A stretch of DNA of 64,000 bases from Deltaproteobacteria bacterium (GTDB lineage: Bacteria; Desulfobacterota; Binatia; DP-6). The stretch spans positions 1,205 to 65,204 of the forward strand of contig VBKG01000326.1 in assembly GCA_005879585.1 (NCBI GenBank). Direction: 5' to 3'. The first letter of the stretch is position 1, and the number at the start of each line of letters is the position of its first letter. Positions 9,904-20,941 of this stretch are shown piece after piece. Under the pieces are notes generated by a model, which was not told the origin of the DNA, made no database searches, and was given only the letters and a program-made list of their open reading frames with translations. A program made the position numbers and the translations under genes.

Positions 9904-10503
9904 CTACCCCTCCACCAGCTCCGTGTTCCAGTACGCCGCATCCACCGCGCTCAGGAACGGCATCCACTCCTTGTAGCGGCGCAGGCTGAAGGTCTCGGTC
10001 ATGAACGGCGTCCACTGCGGCCGGTAGGGCTCACGAATGAGCCGCATCCGCGCCTCCGTGGGCGTCCGTCCACCCTTCAGGCGATTGCACCGATGACACG
10101 AGCAGACGACGTTCTCCCACACCGACGTGCCGCCCCGTGACCGCGGCACGACGTGATCGAGATTCAGCTCCGCGCGCGGGAACTGCCGGCCACAGTACTG
10201 GCACCGGTTCCGATCGCGCGCATAGATATTGAAACGGCTGAAGCGGACGTAGCGCCGCGGGACGCGATCGTAAGCGAGCAAGAGGATGACGCGCGGCACG
10301 CGAATCGCCCGGTTGACGAGCCCGATCGTGTCCTCGTCGGCCGCGAGATCGGCCCAGCTCGCGAAATCGAAGACCCGGTACTGCTCATCCACGGCGCGCG
10401 CGATGTCCTGGTAGAGCAGCGAGATCGCCCGGCGCACCGACGTGATTTGGATCGGCAGGTACGAGCGGTTGAGGACGAGGACCTTCGTGTTGAGCACCGA
10501 CAT
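9904..10503 (-). CDS. HNH endonuclease family protein
   Basis: C-terminal HNH motif CQYCGR...LNLDHVVPRSRGG...NVVCSCHRCNRLKGG, 199 aa, ATG 10503. The long upstream part of the track ORF is an artefact. Confidence 0.8.
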   Translation of the reverse strand: MSVLNTKVLVLNRSYLPIQITSVRRAISLLYQDIARAVDEQYRVFDFASWADLAADEDTIGLVNRAIRVPRVILLLAYDRVPRRYVRFSRFNIYARDRNRCQYCGRQFPRAELNLDHVVPRSRGGTSVWENVVCSCHRCNRLKGGRTPTEARMRLIREPYRPQWTPFMTETFSLRRYKEWMPFLSAVDAAYWNTELVEG

Positions 10504-10568
10504 CGCGCCGCGGGCACCGTACACGCGGGTGTTTCCGAAGTCAAAACACTGTGCCGCAGATGCGGGGC

Positions 10569-12029
10569 TCAACGGCGGTGCCAGCGGAGGATCGGACGGC
10601 GGGCGGCACGCGTCTCGTCCAGGCGCGCGAGCACGGTGCGCTGGGGGGCGTTGCGCACCAGCGACGGATCCGTCCGGGCTTCGTCGGCGATCGCCGTGAG
10701 CGCCTCGACGAAGCGGTCGAGCGTCTCCCGGGTCTCGGTCTCCGTCGGCTCGATCATGAGCGCGCCCTTGACCACGAGCGGGAAGTAGATGGTGGGAGCG
10801 TAGAACCCGTAGTCGAGTAGCCGCTTGGCGACGTCGAGCGTGCTCACGCCGAAGTCCTGGAGATCGCGGTCGGAGAACACGCATTCGTGCATCGACGGGG
10901 TGGCGTACGGGAGGTGGTACGTGCCGCAAAGCCGTGCCCGCACGTAGTTGGCGTTCAGCACGGCGAGGCGGGTCACCTCGGCCAAGCCGGGCCCACCGAG
11001 CCGCGCGACGTACGCGTACGCCCGCAAGAGGACGCCGAAATTGCCGTAGAACGATCGCATGCGGCCGACGGCCTTGGGCGCATCGTCGGTCCAGCCGAGG
11101 CCGGCGGCCGTCCGGACGAGCCGCGGCACCGGCAGATAGTCGGCGATCGACGCCCGCACCGCGACGGGCCCGGCACCCGGGCCACCGCCGCCGTGCGGAG
11201 TCGAGAACGTCTTGTGCAGGTTGAACTGCATGACGTCGATGCCCATGTCGGCGGGCTTGGCGACGCCCATCAGTGCGTTCACGTTTGCGCCGTCCATGTA
11301 CACGAGCCCACCGCGCGCGTGGACCGCCGCCGCGACCGCCTCGATCTCCTCCTCGAAGAGGCCGAGCGTGTTCGGGTTCGTCACCATGAGTGCGGCGACG
11401 GACTCGTCCATCACGGCCGCGACGGCGCGCGCGGGCAGCAGGCCGCGGGCGTCGACGGGCACCTCGGTGACGTCGTAACCGCAGAGGGCGGCGCTCGCCG
11501 GGTTGGTCCCGTGCGCGCTCGACGGGATCAGCACGCGCCGGCGCGGATCGCCCCGATCCGTGTGATAGGCCCGGATCAGCAGCATGCCGAGCAGCTCGCC
11601 CTGGGCGCCTGCCGCGGGCTGCAAGGACACCGCATCGAGACCGCTCACCGCGGCCAGGGCATGCTCCAGCGCCGCGATCAATTCGAGCGCACCCTGCGCC
11701 AGCTGGTCGGGCACGAGGGGGTGGAGCGCGGCGAATCCGGGGAGCCGCGCGACGGCTTCGTTGACGACCGGGTTGTACTTCATCGTGCAGGAGCCGAGCG
11801 GATAGAGCGTCGTCGCGGCACTGTAGTTCCACTGCGACAGCCGGACGAAGTGGCGGACCGCCTCGAGCTCGCTGATCTCCGGGAAGCCCGCGAGGCCGTC
11901 GTCGCGCCGGAGCGCGGGCGGCAGGTCGGCGATCACCGCGTCCGTATCGGACTCGGATATGTGGGCGACGGGCCAGCCGATCCGGCCGGCGGCGCCGCGC
12001 TCGAAGACGAGGGGCTCGTCGAGGAGCAT
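10569..12029 (-). CDS. gcvPB: Glycine dehydrogenase (decarboxylating) subunit 2
   Basis: PLP-fold glycine cleavage P-protein C-terminal half (NLHKTFSTPHGGGGPG). Confidence 0.9.
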   Translation of the reverse strand: MLLDEPLVFERGAAGRIGWPVAHISESDTDAVIADLPPALRRDDGLAGFPEISELEAVRHFVRLSQWNYSAATTLYPLGSCTMKYNPVVNEAVARLPGFAALHPLVPDQLAQGALELIAALEHALAAVSGLDAVSLQPAAGAQGELLGMLLIRAYHTDRGDPRRRVLIPSSAHGTNPASAALCGYDVTEVPVDARGLLPARAVAAVMDESVAALMVTNPNTLGLFEEEIEAVAAAVHARGGLVYMDGANVNALMGVAKPADMGIDVMQFNLHKTFSTPHGGGGPGAGPVAVRASIADYLPVPRLVRTAAGLGWTDDAPKAVGRMRSFYGNFGVLLRAYAYVARLGGPGLAEVTRLAVLNANYVRARLCGTYHLPYATPSMHECVFSDRDLQDFGVSTLDVAKRLLDYGFYAPTIYFPLVVKGALMIEPTETETRETLDRFVEALTAIADEARTDPSLVRNAPQRTVLARLDETRAARRPILRWHRR

Positions 12030-12032
12030 CGC

Positions 12033-13394
12033 TCACGTCCTCGCCGCGCGGACGGTGGGCGCCGTGAGGCCGCGCACCAGGCGGTCGACATCTCGCGCGG
12101 CGTGCGCCTCGGTGACGCAGAGGAGCAGCGCGTCCTCGAGCTCGGGGTACCAGCGTGCCAGCGGGAACCCGGCGATCACGCCGTCCTGCACGAGCGCTTC
12201 CCAGCGTCCCCGTGGGGCCCGGACCACGAACTCGTTGAAGAAGGGGCCGGCGAAGCGCCGCACGACCCCGCCCGACGCGAGGCGGTCCGCCACAGCGTGG
12301 GCCGCGCGATAGTTGAGCGCCGCCACCGCGCGCAGACCATGGCGCCCGAGCAGCGAGAGATGGATCGCGACGGCGAGGGCGCAGAGTCCCTGATTCGTGC
12401 AGATGTTCGACGTCGCCCGCTCCCGCCGGATGTGCTGCTCGCGCGTCGCCAGGGTCAGGACGAACCCCCGCCGCCCGCGCGCGTCGACCGTCTCGCCGAC
12501 GATACGCCCCGGCATGCTGCGCACGTGGCGTTCGTGCGTCGCGAAGAGCCCGACGCCCGGCCCGCCGTAGCTGACGGGCAGCCCGAAGCTCTGTGCCTCG
12601 GCGACGGCGACGTCGGCGCCGCAGGCACCCGGTGGGCGGACGAGCGCGAACGCGAGTGGCTCGGCCGTGGCGGTCACGGTGAGGGCACCGACGGCGGTGG
12701 CGAGCTCGGCGGCCCCCGTCACGTCCTCGAGAACTCCGAAGACGTTCGGTTGCCCGAGCACGACGGCCAGCGTGTCGGCGTCGAGCGTTTTCCGAAGGCC
12801 GGCGAGATCGGTGCGGCCGTCGGTCGCGAAGGGGATCTCGCGGATCGTGACGTCACCGAGGCCGCGCACGTAGGTGGCGATGACCGCGCGATAGTGCGGA
12901 TGGAGCGCTCGCGAGACCCAGACCGTGCGGCGGCCCGGCAGGATGCGCCGTGCCATCAGCACCGCCTCGGCCGTCGCCGAGGCGCCGTCGTACATGCTCG
13001 CGTTGGCGACCTCGAAGCCGAGGAGCAGCGCGGCAAAAGTCTGGAACTCGAAGGTGGCCTGCAGCGTGCCCTGACTCACCTCCGGCTGGTAGGGCGTGTA
13101 AGCCGTCAGGAACTCCGAACGCAGCAAGATCTGGTCGACGGCCGTGGGTATCCAATGCGGATACGCGCCGCCACCGAGGAACACGGCCGGACCGGCGCCG
13201 TCGCTGTTCCGCGCCGCCAGCGCCTGGACGTGTGCGATGAGCTCGGGCTCGGTGAGCCCGGCGGGCAGATCGATCCCGGCGTTGGCGCGGAGCGCCGCCG
13301 GGATCTGCGCGAACAGCGCGTCGATCGACGGGACGCCGATCGTGGCGAGCATCGCCGCGATGTCGGCGTCGGTGTGCGGGGTGTAGCCGCTCAC
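12033..13394 (-). CDS. gcvPA: Glycine dehydrogenase (decarboxylating) subunit 1
   Basis: P-protein N-terminal half (YTPYQPEVSQG, ATREQHIRRERATSNICTNQ). Confidence 0.9.
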   Translation of the reverse strand: MSGYTPHTDADIAAMLATIGVPSIDALFAQIPAALRANAGIDLPAGLTEPELIAHVQALAARNSDGAGPAVFLGGGAYPHWIPTAVDQILLRSEFLTAYTPYQPEVSQGTLQATFEFQTFAALLLGFEVANASMYDGASATAEAVLMARRILPGRRTVWVSRALHPHYRAVIATYVRGLGDVTIREIPFATDGRTDLAGLRKTLDADTLAVVLGQPNVFGVLEDVTGAAELATAVGALTVTATAEPLAFALVRPPGACGADVAVAEAQSFGLPVSYGGPGVGLFATHERHVRSMPGRIVGETVDARGRRGFVLTLATREQHIRRERATSNICTNQGLCALAVAIHLSLLGRHGLRAVAALNYRAAHAVADRLASGGVVRRFAGPFFNEFVVRAPRGRWEALVQDGVIAGFPLARWYPELEDALLLCVTEAHAARDVDRLVRGLTAPTVRAART

Positions 13395-13780
13395 GTCCGC
13401 TGCTGCGCGACGAACGTGCGATAGGCCTCGGCGTCGAGGAGCCGGTTCACCTGCTCGCGGTCGGTCACGACGAGCCGGATCATCCAGCCTGTGCCATACG
13501 GGTCGTTGTTGACGAGCTCGGGCTCGTCCCGCAGGACGTGGTTCACGGCCGTCACGCGGCCCGCGACCGGGGCGAACAGGTCCGAGACCGTCTTATTCGA
13601 CTCGACCACCCCGAACGCTTGCCCGGACGCGAAGGTCGCGCCGATGGACGGCAGCTCGACGAAGACCACGTCACCGAGGGCGTCCTGCGCGAAGTCGGTG
13701 ATGCCAACGAGCGCTTCGTTGCCCTCCAGGCGGAGCCACTCGTGCTCCTGGGTGTAGCGAAGGTCGTCCGGAAACTCCAT
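13391..13780 (-). CDS. gcvH: Glycine cleavage system H protein
   Basis: Lipoyl-attachment motif VESNKTVSDLFAPV, 129 aa. Confidence 0.9.
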   Translation of the reverse strand: MEFPDDLRYTQEHEWLRLEGNEALVGITDFAQDALGDVVFVELPSIGATFASGQAFGVVESNKTVSDLFAPVAGRVTAVNHVLRDEPELVNNDPYGTGWMIRLVVTDREQVNRLLDAEAYRTFVAQQRT

Positions 13781-13789
13781 ATCTCGCTC

Positions 13790-14878
13790 CTATCGCCGCC
13801 GGCGGTAGAACGGGCGGTCCACGACGACGGCCGGCACGCGCCGGCCGCGGATGTCGACGGTGAGTGGCGTCCCCGAGGCGGCGGACATGGTCGCCACGTA
13901 GGCAAGGCCGATGAAGGTGCCGAGTGTCGGCGACTTGGTCCCGCTCGTCACGCGGCCCACCTCGGTGCCGTCGCGCCAGACGCCATAGCCGTGGCGCGGG
14001 ATCCCGGGCTCACGCAGCTCGAGGCCCACGAGGCGGCGGGTCAACCCGGACGCCGCCTGCGCCGCGAGCGCCGTACGTCCGACGAACTCTCCCTTGCCGA
14101 GCTTCACCACCCACGCGAGCCCCGCTTCGAGGGGCGTCGTCGTCGCGTCCATGTCGCTGCCACAGAGCGGCAGTCCGGCCTCGAGCCGCAGGGTGTCGCG
14201 CGCGGCGAGACCGGCCGGGAGGCCCTCGCGGCGGCTGGCGGCCTCCAGAAGCGCGTCCCACACCGCACCGGCCGACTCGGCGTCCACGACGATCTCGAAG
14301 CCGTCCTCGCCCGTGTACCCGGTGCGCGAGACGACCGCCGGCTCGCCGGCGACGCGGCTCTCGCAGGCGGTGAAGGGCCGGAGGCGAGGAAGGTCGAGCG
14401 CGGTGAGCGTTCTGAGCGCCACCTCTGACTCGGGACCTTGCAGGGCGAGGAGCGCGAGCTCGGCGCTCCGATCCACGACCGCCGCCCGGCCGCCGATCCG
14501 TGCGTTGATCCAGGCGACGTCCGCGGCGGTGTTTGCCGCATTGACGATGAGCAAGTAGCGCTCGGCGCCGAGGCGGTACACGACGAGGTCGTCGAGAACG
14601 CCGCCCGCTTCATTGCAGAGGAGCGTGTACTGCGCGTCCCCGATCTTCAGCCGCGCGACGTCGTTCACGGTGAGCTCCTGGCAAGCCGCGGCGGCGTTCG
14701 GGCCGCTCACCTCGATCTCGCCCATGTGGCTCACGTCGAAGAGTCCGCAGTGGCGGCGCACGGCCTGGTGCTCCTCGGCGGGACCGCGATACGAGAGCGG
14801 CATCTCCCATCCGGCGAAGTCCACCATGCGCGCCCCGAGCGACCGATGTGCGTCGTAGAGCGGCGGGTGGCGCGCCAT
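13790..14878 (-). CDS. gcvT: Aminomethyltransferase (glycine cleavage T protein)
   Basis: GcvT family (LFDVSHMGE, YTGEDGFE). Confidence 0.9.
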   Translation of the reverse strand: MARHPPLYDAHRSLGARMVDFAGWEMPLSYRGPAEEHQAVRRHCGLFDVSHMGEIEVSGPNAAAACQELTVNDVARLKIGDAQYTLLCNEAGGVLDDLVVYRLGAERYLLIVNAANTAADVAWINARIGGRAAVVDRSAELALLALQGPESEVALRTLTALDLPRLRPFTACESRVAGEPAVVSRTGYTGEDGFEIVVDAESAGAVWDALLEAASRREGLPAGLAARDTLRLEAGLPLCGSDMDATTTPLEAGLAWVVKLGKGEFVGRTALAAQAASGLTRRLVGLELREPGIPRHGYGVWRDGTEVGRVTSGTKSPTLGTFIGLAYVATMSAASGTPLTVDIRGRRVPAVVVDRPFYRRRR

Positions 14879-14882
14879 CCCG

Positions 14883-15743
14883 TCAGGCAGCGCGCGCGGC
14901 CGCGGCCTGCTCGGCGGCGGTCACCGTGTTGGCGAGCAGCATGGCCACCGTCATCGGGCCGACGCCGCCCGGCACCGGCGTGATGGAGGCGGCGCGCGCG
15001 CAAGCCGGTTCGAACTCGACGTCGCCGCAGAGCCGGCCGTCCGCGCCGCGATTGATGCCGACGTCGATCACGACCGCGCCCGGCCTGATCCACTCGCCGC
15101 GCACGAGCGCCGGCTGTCCGGTCGCCGCGATGACCACGTCCGCGCGCCCCACCTCGCCCGCGAGGTCGGCCGTCCGCGAGTGGCAGAGCGTGACGGTGGC
15201 ATGGCGCTCGAGCAGCAAGAACGCCACGGGCTTTCCGACGAGCACGCTCCGGCCGACGACGACGGCACGCGCCCCGGCGAGCGCGACGCCGGTCGTGTCG
15301 AGGAGCCGGAGGACGCCGAGCGGTGTACACGGACGGAGCCCCGGGAGACCGGCGAGCAGCCGGCCCTGATTCACGGGGTGCAGCCCATCCACGTCCTTTT
15401 CGGGCGCCAGTGCCTCGATCACCACCTGCGCGCGGAGCGGCGCGGGCAACGGTAGCTGCACGAGGATGCCGTGGACGTCCGCGTCGTGTCCGAGTCGACG
15501 CACGAGCGCCACGAGCTCGGTCTCGGAGGTCGATGCGGGCAGCCGGTGGCGAAGGGAGCGGATGCCCACCTGCTCGCAGGCCTTCTCCTTGTTGCCGACG
15601 TACACCAGCGACGCCGGATCGTCGCCGACCAGCACCGCCGCCAGCCCGGGGACGACGCCGCGTGCGGCAAGCCGGACGACGCGCTCGCGCACCTCCGCTC
15701 GAACCACCGCCGCCACGGCCTTGCCGTCGATCGTCTGTCCCAC
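14883..15743 (-). CDS. folD: Bifunctional methylenetetrahydrofolate dehydrogenase/cyclohydrolase
   Basis: FolD motifs ([45 protein letters not shown]). GTG start at 15743 gives about 286 aa. The 127-aa N-terminal extension of the track ORF was rejected. Confidence 0.85.
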   Translation of the reverse strand: MGQTIDGKAVAAVVRAEVRERVVRLAARGVVPGLAAVLVGDDPASLVYVGNKEKACEQVGIRSLRHRLPASTSETELVALVRRLGHDADVHGILVQLPLPAPLRAQVVIEALAPEKDVDGLHPVNQGRLLAGLPGLRPCTPLGVLRLLDTTGVALAGARAVVVGRSVLVGKPVAFLLLERHATVTLCHSRTADLAGEVGRADVVIAATGQPALVRGEWIRPGAVVIDVGINRGADGRLCGDVEFEPACARAASITPVPGGVGPMTVAMLLANTVTAAEQAAAARAA

Positions 15744-15839
15744 GCGCGAGGTCCCAGGTCGCGTATCGCGATATATCGGCCACCCTCCGGGGAGGCAAGG
15801 GTCGACGCCCGCGATCGCCCCCCGTGCTAGAGTGACACC

Positions 15840-16952
15840 GTGATCATCGGCGTGCCACGCGAGGTGAAGGAAGAAGAGAACCGGGTCGCGCTCACGCCGA
15901 GCGGCGTCGGCGCGCTCGTCGCGCACGGCCATGCGGTGCTGGTCGAGCACGGCGCGGGCGCCGGCTCGCGGCTGCCCGACGCCCGCTACCGGGACGCCGG
16001 TGCCACGCTGACCGACGCCGCGACGGTGTGGGCTCGCGCCGACCTCGTTCTCAAGGTGAAGGAGCCCCAGCTCCCCGAGTACGAGCACCTTCGCCCCGAC
16101 GTGATCCTCTTCACGTACCTCCACCTCGCCGCCAATCCCGACCTCACGCGCGCCCTCGTCGAGCGGCGCGTCCGCGCGCTCGCGTACGAGACGCTCCAGC
16201 CCGACGACGGCTCCCTTCCGCTACTCGCACCGATGAGCGAGGTCGCGGGCCGGCTGGCGGTCCAGGCGGGATCCTGGTGCCTGCAGGCGCAGAACGGGGG
16301 CCGCGGCGTGCTGCTCTCCGGGGCCTCCGGCGTGCGGCCGGCCAAGGTGGTGATCGTCGGCGCCGGGATCGCGGGCACCAACGCCTGTCAGGTGGCCGTC
16401 GGCGTCGGCGCCGACGTGTCGATCCTCGACATCGACCCCGCGAAGCTCCGCTACGTGCACGACATCCTCGGCGGCCACGTGACCACCGTGATGTCGAACC
16501 GGGCCAACCTCGAGGAGGAAGTCGTCGCCGCCGATCTCGTCATCGGCTCCGTGCTCATTCCGGGCGCGCGTGCCCCGCGTCTCCTACCGCGCGCGCTCGT
16601 TGGCGCCATGCGGCCGGGCGCCGCGCTGGTCGACCTCTCGATCGACCAGGGCGGCAGCGCCGAAACGTCCCACCCGACGACGCACGCCCAGCCGACTTAT
16701 GTCGAGGAGGACGTCGTCCACTACTGCGTGACCAACATGCCGGCGGCGGTGCCGCACACGGCAACGTTCGCGCTCACCAACGCCACGCTGTCCTACGCGC
16801 TCGAGATCGCCGATCGCGGGTTCAGCGCGGCGCTGCGCGGCAACCCGGCGCTCCGGCGCGCGGCCAACGTGCTCGCCGGGCACGTGACCCACCCCGGCGT
16901 CGCCGAGGCCGCCGGCGTCCGCCCCACGCCCGCCGAGCAGCTCCTCAGCTGA
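15840..16952 (+). CDS. ald: Alanine dehydrogenase
   Basis: AlaDH/PNT family ([32 protein letters not shown]). GTG start. Confidence 0.88.
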   Translation: MIIGVPREVKEEENRVALTPSGVGALVAHGHAVLVEHGAGAGSRLPDARYRDAGATLTDAATVWARADLVLKVKEPQLPEYEHLRPDVILFTYLHLAANPDLTRALVERRVRALAYETLQPDDGSLPLLAPMSEVAGRLAVQAGSWCLQAQNGGRGVLLSGASGVRPAKVVIVGAGIAGTNACQVAVGVGADVSILDIDPAKLRYVHDILGGHVTTVMSNRANLEEEVVAADLVIGSVLIPGARAPRLLPRALVGAMRPGAALVDLSIDQGGSAETSHPTTHAQPTYVEEDVVHYCVTNMPAAVPHTATFALTNATLSYALEIADRGFSAALRGNPALRRAANVLAGHVTHPGVAEAAGVRPTPAEQLLS

Positions 16953-18732
16953 CGACGCGCAGTCCGAGCTCGCGCAGCTGCGCCGGATCGACGGGCGACG
17001 GCGCCTCGGTCATCAGGCACGCGGCGCGTTGCGTCTTCGGGAACGCGATGACGTCGCGGATGGAGTCGGCACCGGCGAGGAGCATCACCAGCCGGTCGAA
17101 CCCGATGGCGATGCCGCCGTGCGGCGGGGCGCCGAACGACAGGGCCTCGAGGAGAAAGCCGAACCGCGCGTGCGCGTCGGTCTCCGACATGCCGAGCAGC
17201 GCGAATACCCGCTGCTGGACCTCCGGCTGGTGGATCCGGATGCTGCCACCGCCGAGCTCCGTTCCGTTGAGCACGAGATCGTAGGCCTGCGACCGGATCT
17301 CGAGCGGGTGGCTTTCGAGCCGGTCGAGGTCCTCCTCGAGCGGCGCGGTGAACGGGTGATGGACGGCGACGTACCGGTTGGCGTCGGGATCGCGCTCGAG
17401 CAGCGGGAAGTCGACGACCCAGAGAAAGCGGTCCTCGCCCTTCGCCACCCGGCCGAGGCGCTCACCGAGCTGCAGGCGGATGCGCGAGAGCACCGCCGAC
17501 GCGACCGGCTCCGGCTCGGCGAGCAGCAGGAGCAGGTGGCCCGGCTCGAGCTTGCCGGCTTCCGTCAGCCGCGTGCGCTCGCCGTCGGAGAGGAACTTCG
17601 TGGCGGGCGACTGCCAGCCGTCCGCCCCGATCCGGATCCAGGTGAGCCCGCGTGCGCCCTCGGCGGTGGCGAAGCCGACGAGGTCGTCGAGCTCGCGGCG
17701 CGAGAGCGCCGCGCCGCCGCCCCGGACCGCGAGGCCGCGGATCGCGTGACCCGCGGCGAGCGCGTCGGCGAAGACCCGGAACTCGGTTCCGGCGAAGCAC
17801 GTCGAGAAGTCGACGAGCTCGAGGTCGACGCGGAGGTCCGGACGGTCGCTGCCGAAGCGCTGCATCGCCTCGCGATGGGACAGCACCGGGAACGGGCGCG
17901 GCGTCACCCTCCCCCGCACCGTGGTGAAGAGATCGGCGATCATCGGCTCGACCACCCCCATGACGTCGTCCCGTCCGACGAAGGACATCTCGAGGTCGAT
18001 CTGCGTGAATTCGGGCTGCCGGTCCGCGCGCAGGTCCTCGTCCCGGAAGCAGCGCACGATCTGGTAGTAGCGGTCGAGGCCCGCCACCATCAGGATCTGC
18101 TTGAAGAGCTGCGGCGATTGCGGCAGCGCGTAGAAGGCGCCGCGCTGGACGCGGCTCGGGACGAGGTAGTCGCGCGCGCCCTCGGGCGTCGAGCGGGCGA
18201 GCACGGGGGTCTCGACTTCGATGAAGCCGAGGCGCGTCAGGTGTTCGCGCACGGTGCGTGCCACCTCGTGCCGCAGGACGAGGTTCCGCTGCACGGCGGG
18301 ACGGCGGAGGTCGAGGTAGCGGTAGCGGAGACGCATGGACTCCGTCACCTCGGCGGCGTCGTCGATCGGAAACGGCGTGGGCCGTGCCCCGTTCAGGACG
18401 TGCAGCGCCGACGCGCCCACCTCGATGGCGCCGCTCGGGAGATCGGGGTTGACCGTCTCCCCCGGTCGCGGGCGCACGGTCCCGCGGACCGCGACCACGA
18501 ACTCGAGGCGTACGTCGCCGGCCCGGGCGTGCGCCTCCGGACTCTCGGCCGGATTGCACACCACCTGCACGAGGCCCGTCCGATCGCGGAGGTCGAGGAA
18601 CAGCACGCCGCCGTGATCGCGCCGCGCATGCACCCAGCCGCACACGGTGACCTCGCGGCCGGTGTCGGCGGGCCTGAGCACGCCGCACCCGTCGGTCCGC
18701 CGCCAGTCGCCGAGCGGCTGCGCGACCGTCAC
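16945..18732 (-). CDS. aspS: Aspartate--tRNA ligase
   Basis: Class II aaRS motifs ([31 protein letters not shown]). GTG 18732 overlaps the hisS stop; about 595 aa. Confidence 0.9.
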   Translation of the reverse strand: MTVAQPLGDWRRTDGCGVLRPADTGREVTVCGWVHARRDHGGVLFLDLRDRTGLVQVVCNPAESPEAHARAGDVRLEFVVAVRGTVRPRPGETVNPDLPSGAIEVGASALHVLNGARPTPFPIDDAAEVTESMRLRYRYLDLRRPAVQRNLVLRHEVARTVREHLTRLGFIEVETPVLARSTPEGARDYLVPSRVQRGAFYALPQSPQLFKQILMVAGLDRYYQIVRCFRDEDLRADRQPEFTQIDLEMSFVGRDDVMGVVEPMIADLFTTVRGRVTPRPFPVLSHREAMQRFGSDRPDLRVDLELVDFSTCFAGTEFRVFADALAAGHAIRGLAVRGGGAALSRRELDDLVGFATAEGARGLTWIRIGADGWQSPATKFLSDGERTRLTEAGKLEPGHLLLLLAEPEPVASAVLSRIRLQLGERLGRVAKGEDRFLWVVDFPLLERDPDANRYVAVHHPFTAPLEEDLDRLESHPLEIRSQAYDLVLNGTELGGGSIRIHQPEVQQRVFALLGMSETDAHARFGFLLEALSFGAPPHGGIAIGFDRLVMLLAGADSIRDVIAFPKTQRAACLMTEAPSPVDPAQLRELGLRVVS

Positions 18733-20030
18733 GAGGCGCCGACCTCCGCCCGTACCCAGCGCGCGAGCTCCGCCCCCGGCGCCCCGAGGTCGAGTGCCTG
18801 CCGGCGGTCGGCGCTGCTCGCGAGGTCGCGCACGGTCGCCCGCCCGGCGGCGAGCTCGTCGGGACCGAGAATGACGGCCAGCCGCGCGCGCCGGCGGTTG
18901 GCGACGCCGAGCAGCGCCTTGAGGCTCCGCCCCGCGGGCTCGACGGCCACCACGAGCCCCTCGTCCCGCAGCTGGGTGGCGAGCCGAAGTGCCGGGGCAA
19001 CGGCGCGCGGCTCGAGCGGGAGGACCAGCGCCGCGGGCCCCGGGGCGGCATCCTTGGCCGCCGGGGTGGCCATCGCGACGCGGTCGAGGCCGAGCGCGAA
19101 CCCGACCCCGGCGACCTCCGGCCCGCCGAGCATCGCCACGAGCCCGTCGTAGCGCCCGCCGCCGCCGATCGCGTTCTGCGCCCCGAGCCCCTCGCCCTCG
19201 GCGACGATCTCGAACGCCGTCCGGCAATAGTAGTCGAGACCGCGCACGAGGCGCAGGTTCAAGACGTACGGGACCCGCTCCTGGTCGAGGAGCAGGCGCA
19301 CCTCGTCGAAATGCGCGGTGCACGCCGCGCAGAGGCTGTCGCGCATCACCGGGGCCCGCTCGATGACGGCCCGGCAGTCCGCCACCTTGCAGTCGAGGAG
19401 ACGCAGCGGATTGCGCTGGAGGCGGCGATGGCAGTCACCACAGAGCGCGTCGAGATGCGCGAGGCCGAACTGCCGCAGGCGCTCGCGGTAGGCCGGGCGG
19501 CACGCGGCGTCGCCGAGCGAGTTCAGCTCGATCCGCGTCCCGCGCGCGCCCACCTGATCGAAGTAGCGGACGAGCCAGACGAGCAGCTCGGCGTCGGCCA
19601 GGGCGTCGTCGCGGCCGAGCACCTCGGCGCCGATCTGATAGAACTGGCGATACCGGCCGCGCTGGGGGCGCTCACGGCGGAACATGGGGCCTGCGTAGAA
19701 GAGCCGGGCCTGCCGGTCGCGATGCACCAGACCGGATTCGAGATAGGCCCGCACGACGCTCGCCGTCGCCTCCGGACGGAGCGCGACCGCGGTCTCTTCC
19801 TTGTCCCGGTCGCGGAACGAGAACATCTCCTTTTCGACGATGTCCGTCGTCTCGCCAACGGCGCGCGCGAACAGCTCGGTACGCTCGAGGATGGGGAGGC
19901 GGATCTCTCCGAAACCGTAGCGGGCGAAGAGGTCGCGCGCCGCCGCCTCGAGCCGCTGCCAGTGCGCGCACTCCTCGGGAAGGACGTCCCGGAAGCCCCG
20001 GACCGCGGGGATCGTGCTGGATTTTGACAT
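18729..20030 (-). CDS. hisS: Histidine--tRNA ligase
   Basis: HisRS motifs ([20 protein letters not shown]). ATG 20030; 433 aa. Confidence 0.9.
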   Translation of the reverse strand: MSKSSTIPAVRGFRDVLPEECAHWQRLEAAARDLFARYGFGEIRLPILERTELFARAVGETTDIVEKEMFSFRDRDKEETAVALRPEATASVVRAYLESGLVHRDRQARLFYAGPMFRRERPQRGRYRQFYQIGAEVLGRDDALADAELLVWLVRYFDQVGARGTRIELNSLGDAACRPAYRERLRQFGLAHLDALCGDCHRRLQRNPLRLLDCKVADCRAVIERAPVMRDSLCAACTAHFDEVRLLLDQERVPYVLNLRLVRGLDYYCRTAFEIVAEGEGLGAQNAIGGGGRYDGLVAMLGGPEVAGVGFALGLDRVAMATPAAKDAAPGPAALVLPLEPRAVAPALRLATQLRDEGLVVAVEPAGRSLKALLGVANRRRARLAVILGPDELAAGRATVRDLASSADRRQALDLGAPGAELARWVRAEVGAS

Positions 20031-20155
20031 GGTGACGGTGAACGGACGCTTGTAGCAAAGGGCTGCAAACGCTTCAACGCGAGAACGTTTGATAATGCGC
20101 GGATTTGCCTTCACAATGTTGGCGTGGCGCGGTTCTTGCCAATTCCGGCTAACGG

Positions 20156-20734
20156 ATGAGCCACTCGACGCTCGAAACCGGGTCGCTGACCGCGCTCTTC
20201 CACCAGCTCGTGCGGGCCGCGATGGCCGTGCAGCAGGTCGAGTCCTCGGAGACCACCGAGTTCTACCTCGTGCAGCTGCTCGAGGGCTACGCCCGGCCGG
20301 GTCGCGAGCTACTCGACCGGCCGCTTGCGCTCGACTACCTCGAGGCATTCCATCTGCCGGCCTCGCAACGGTACGAGAAGCTGAAGCGCGTCGCCGACAC
20401 CGCGCTCTTCATCACCGGGATCTTCGTCGACAGCCTCGAGCGGAGCCTCGTGGGGCCCGACTATTACGCGGCGCTCGGCCGCACTGCGTATGCGCGGCTC
20501 TCGGCGCAGCCGCCGCGCGCGAGCCTCGCCGAGCTGTTCGGGGAGCTCGCCGGGCGGTTTCCGGAGTTCGTGCGAGTGCTCGCGGAGATCAGCGCGCAGG
20601 AGCTGTTTCGTCGGCAGGAGGATACGGTCCGGCTCTATAAGCGGTGGCTGCATACGCGCGGGCGCCGCGAGGCGGATCTGCTGCTCCGGCGGGGCATCAT
20701 CCCGTTCGCCCCGCCGTCGAACCAGCGGCACTGA
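20156..20734 (+). CDS. Hypothetical protein (no recognised domain)
   Basis: 192-aa ORF with coding-like composition, divergent from hisS. No family recognised. Confidence 0.45.
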   Translation: MSHSTLETGSLTALFHQLVRAAMAVQQVESSETTEFYLVQLLEGYARPGRELLDRPLALDYLEAFHLPASQRYEKLKRVADTALFITGIFVDSLERSLVGPDYYAALGRTAYARLSAQPPRASLAELFGELAGRFPEFVRVLAEISAQELFRRQEDTVRLYKRWLHTRGRREADLLLRRGIIPFAPPSNQRH

Positions 20735-20941
20735 GTTAGGTCTCGGTTCGCGGGAGCCGGGGGGGCCGGCTCGCCTCCGGGTCCTCGCTCCACGCGCGAC
20801 TCGTAGGCTGTGGCGTCCCCCCGCAGCTGCGGGCGCGCGCGGGAGCTGCGGGTCGGCGGTCCGGCCCCCCGGCTCCCGCGATGCAACGCCGCGAACGCGC
20901 CGCTGGTCGGCGCCGCGCTCACTTTCCCGGATCGGACCGGA

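Noticed and set aside
9904-12036. 710-aa ORF upstream of the HNH domain
   Set aside because: Only the C-terminal 199 aa (from ATG 10503) are a coherent HNH protein. The upstream part overlaps gcvPB in another frame.
15744-15839. Glycine riboswitch upstream of the folD-gcv operon
   Set aside because: The leader is only 96 nt and lacks the tandem aptamer length and conserved cores; no riboswitch is called.
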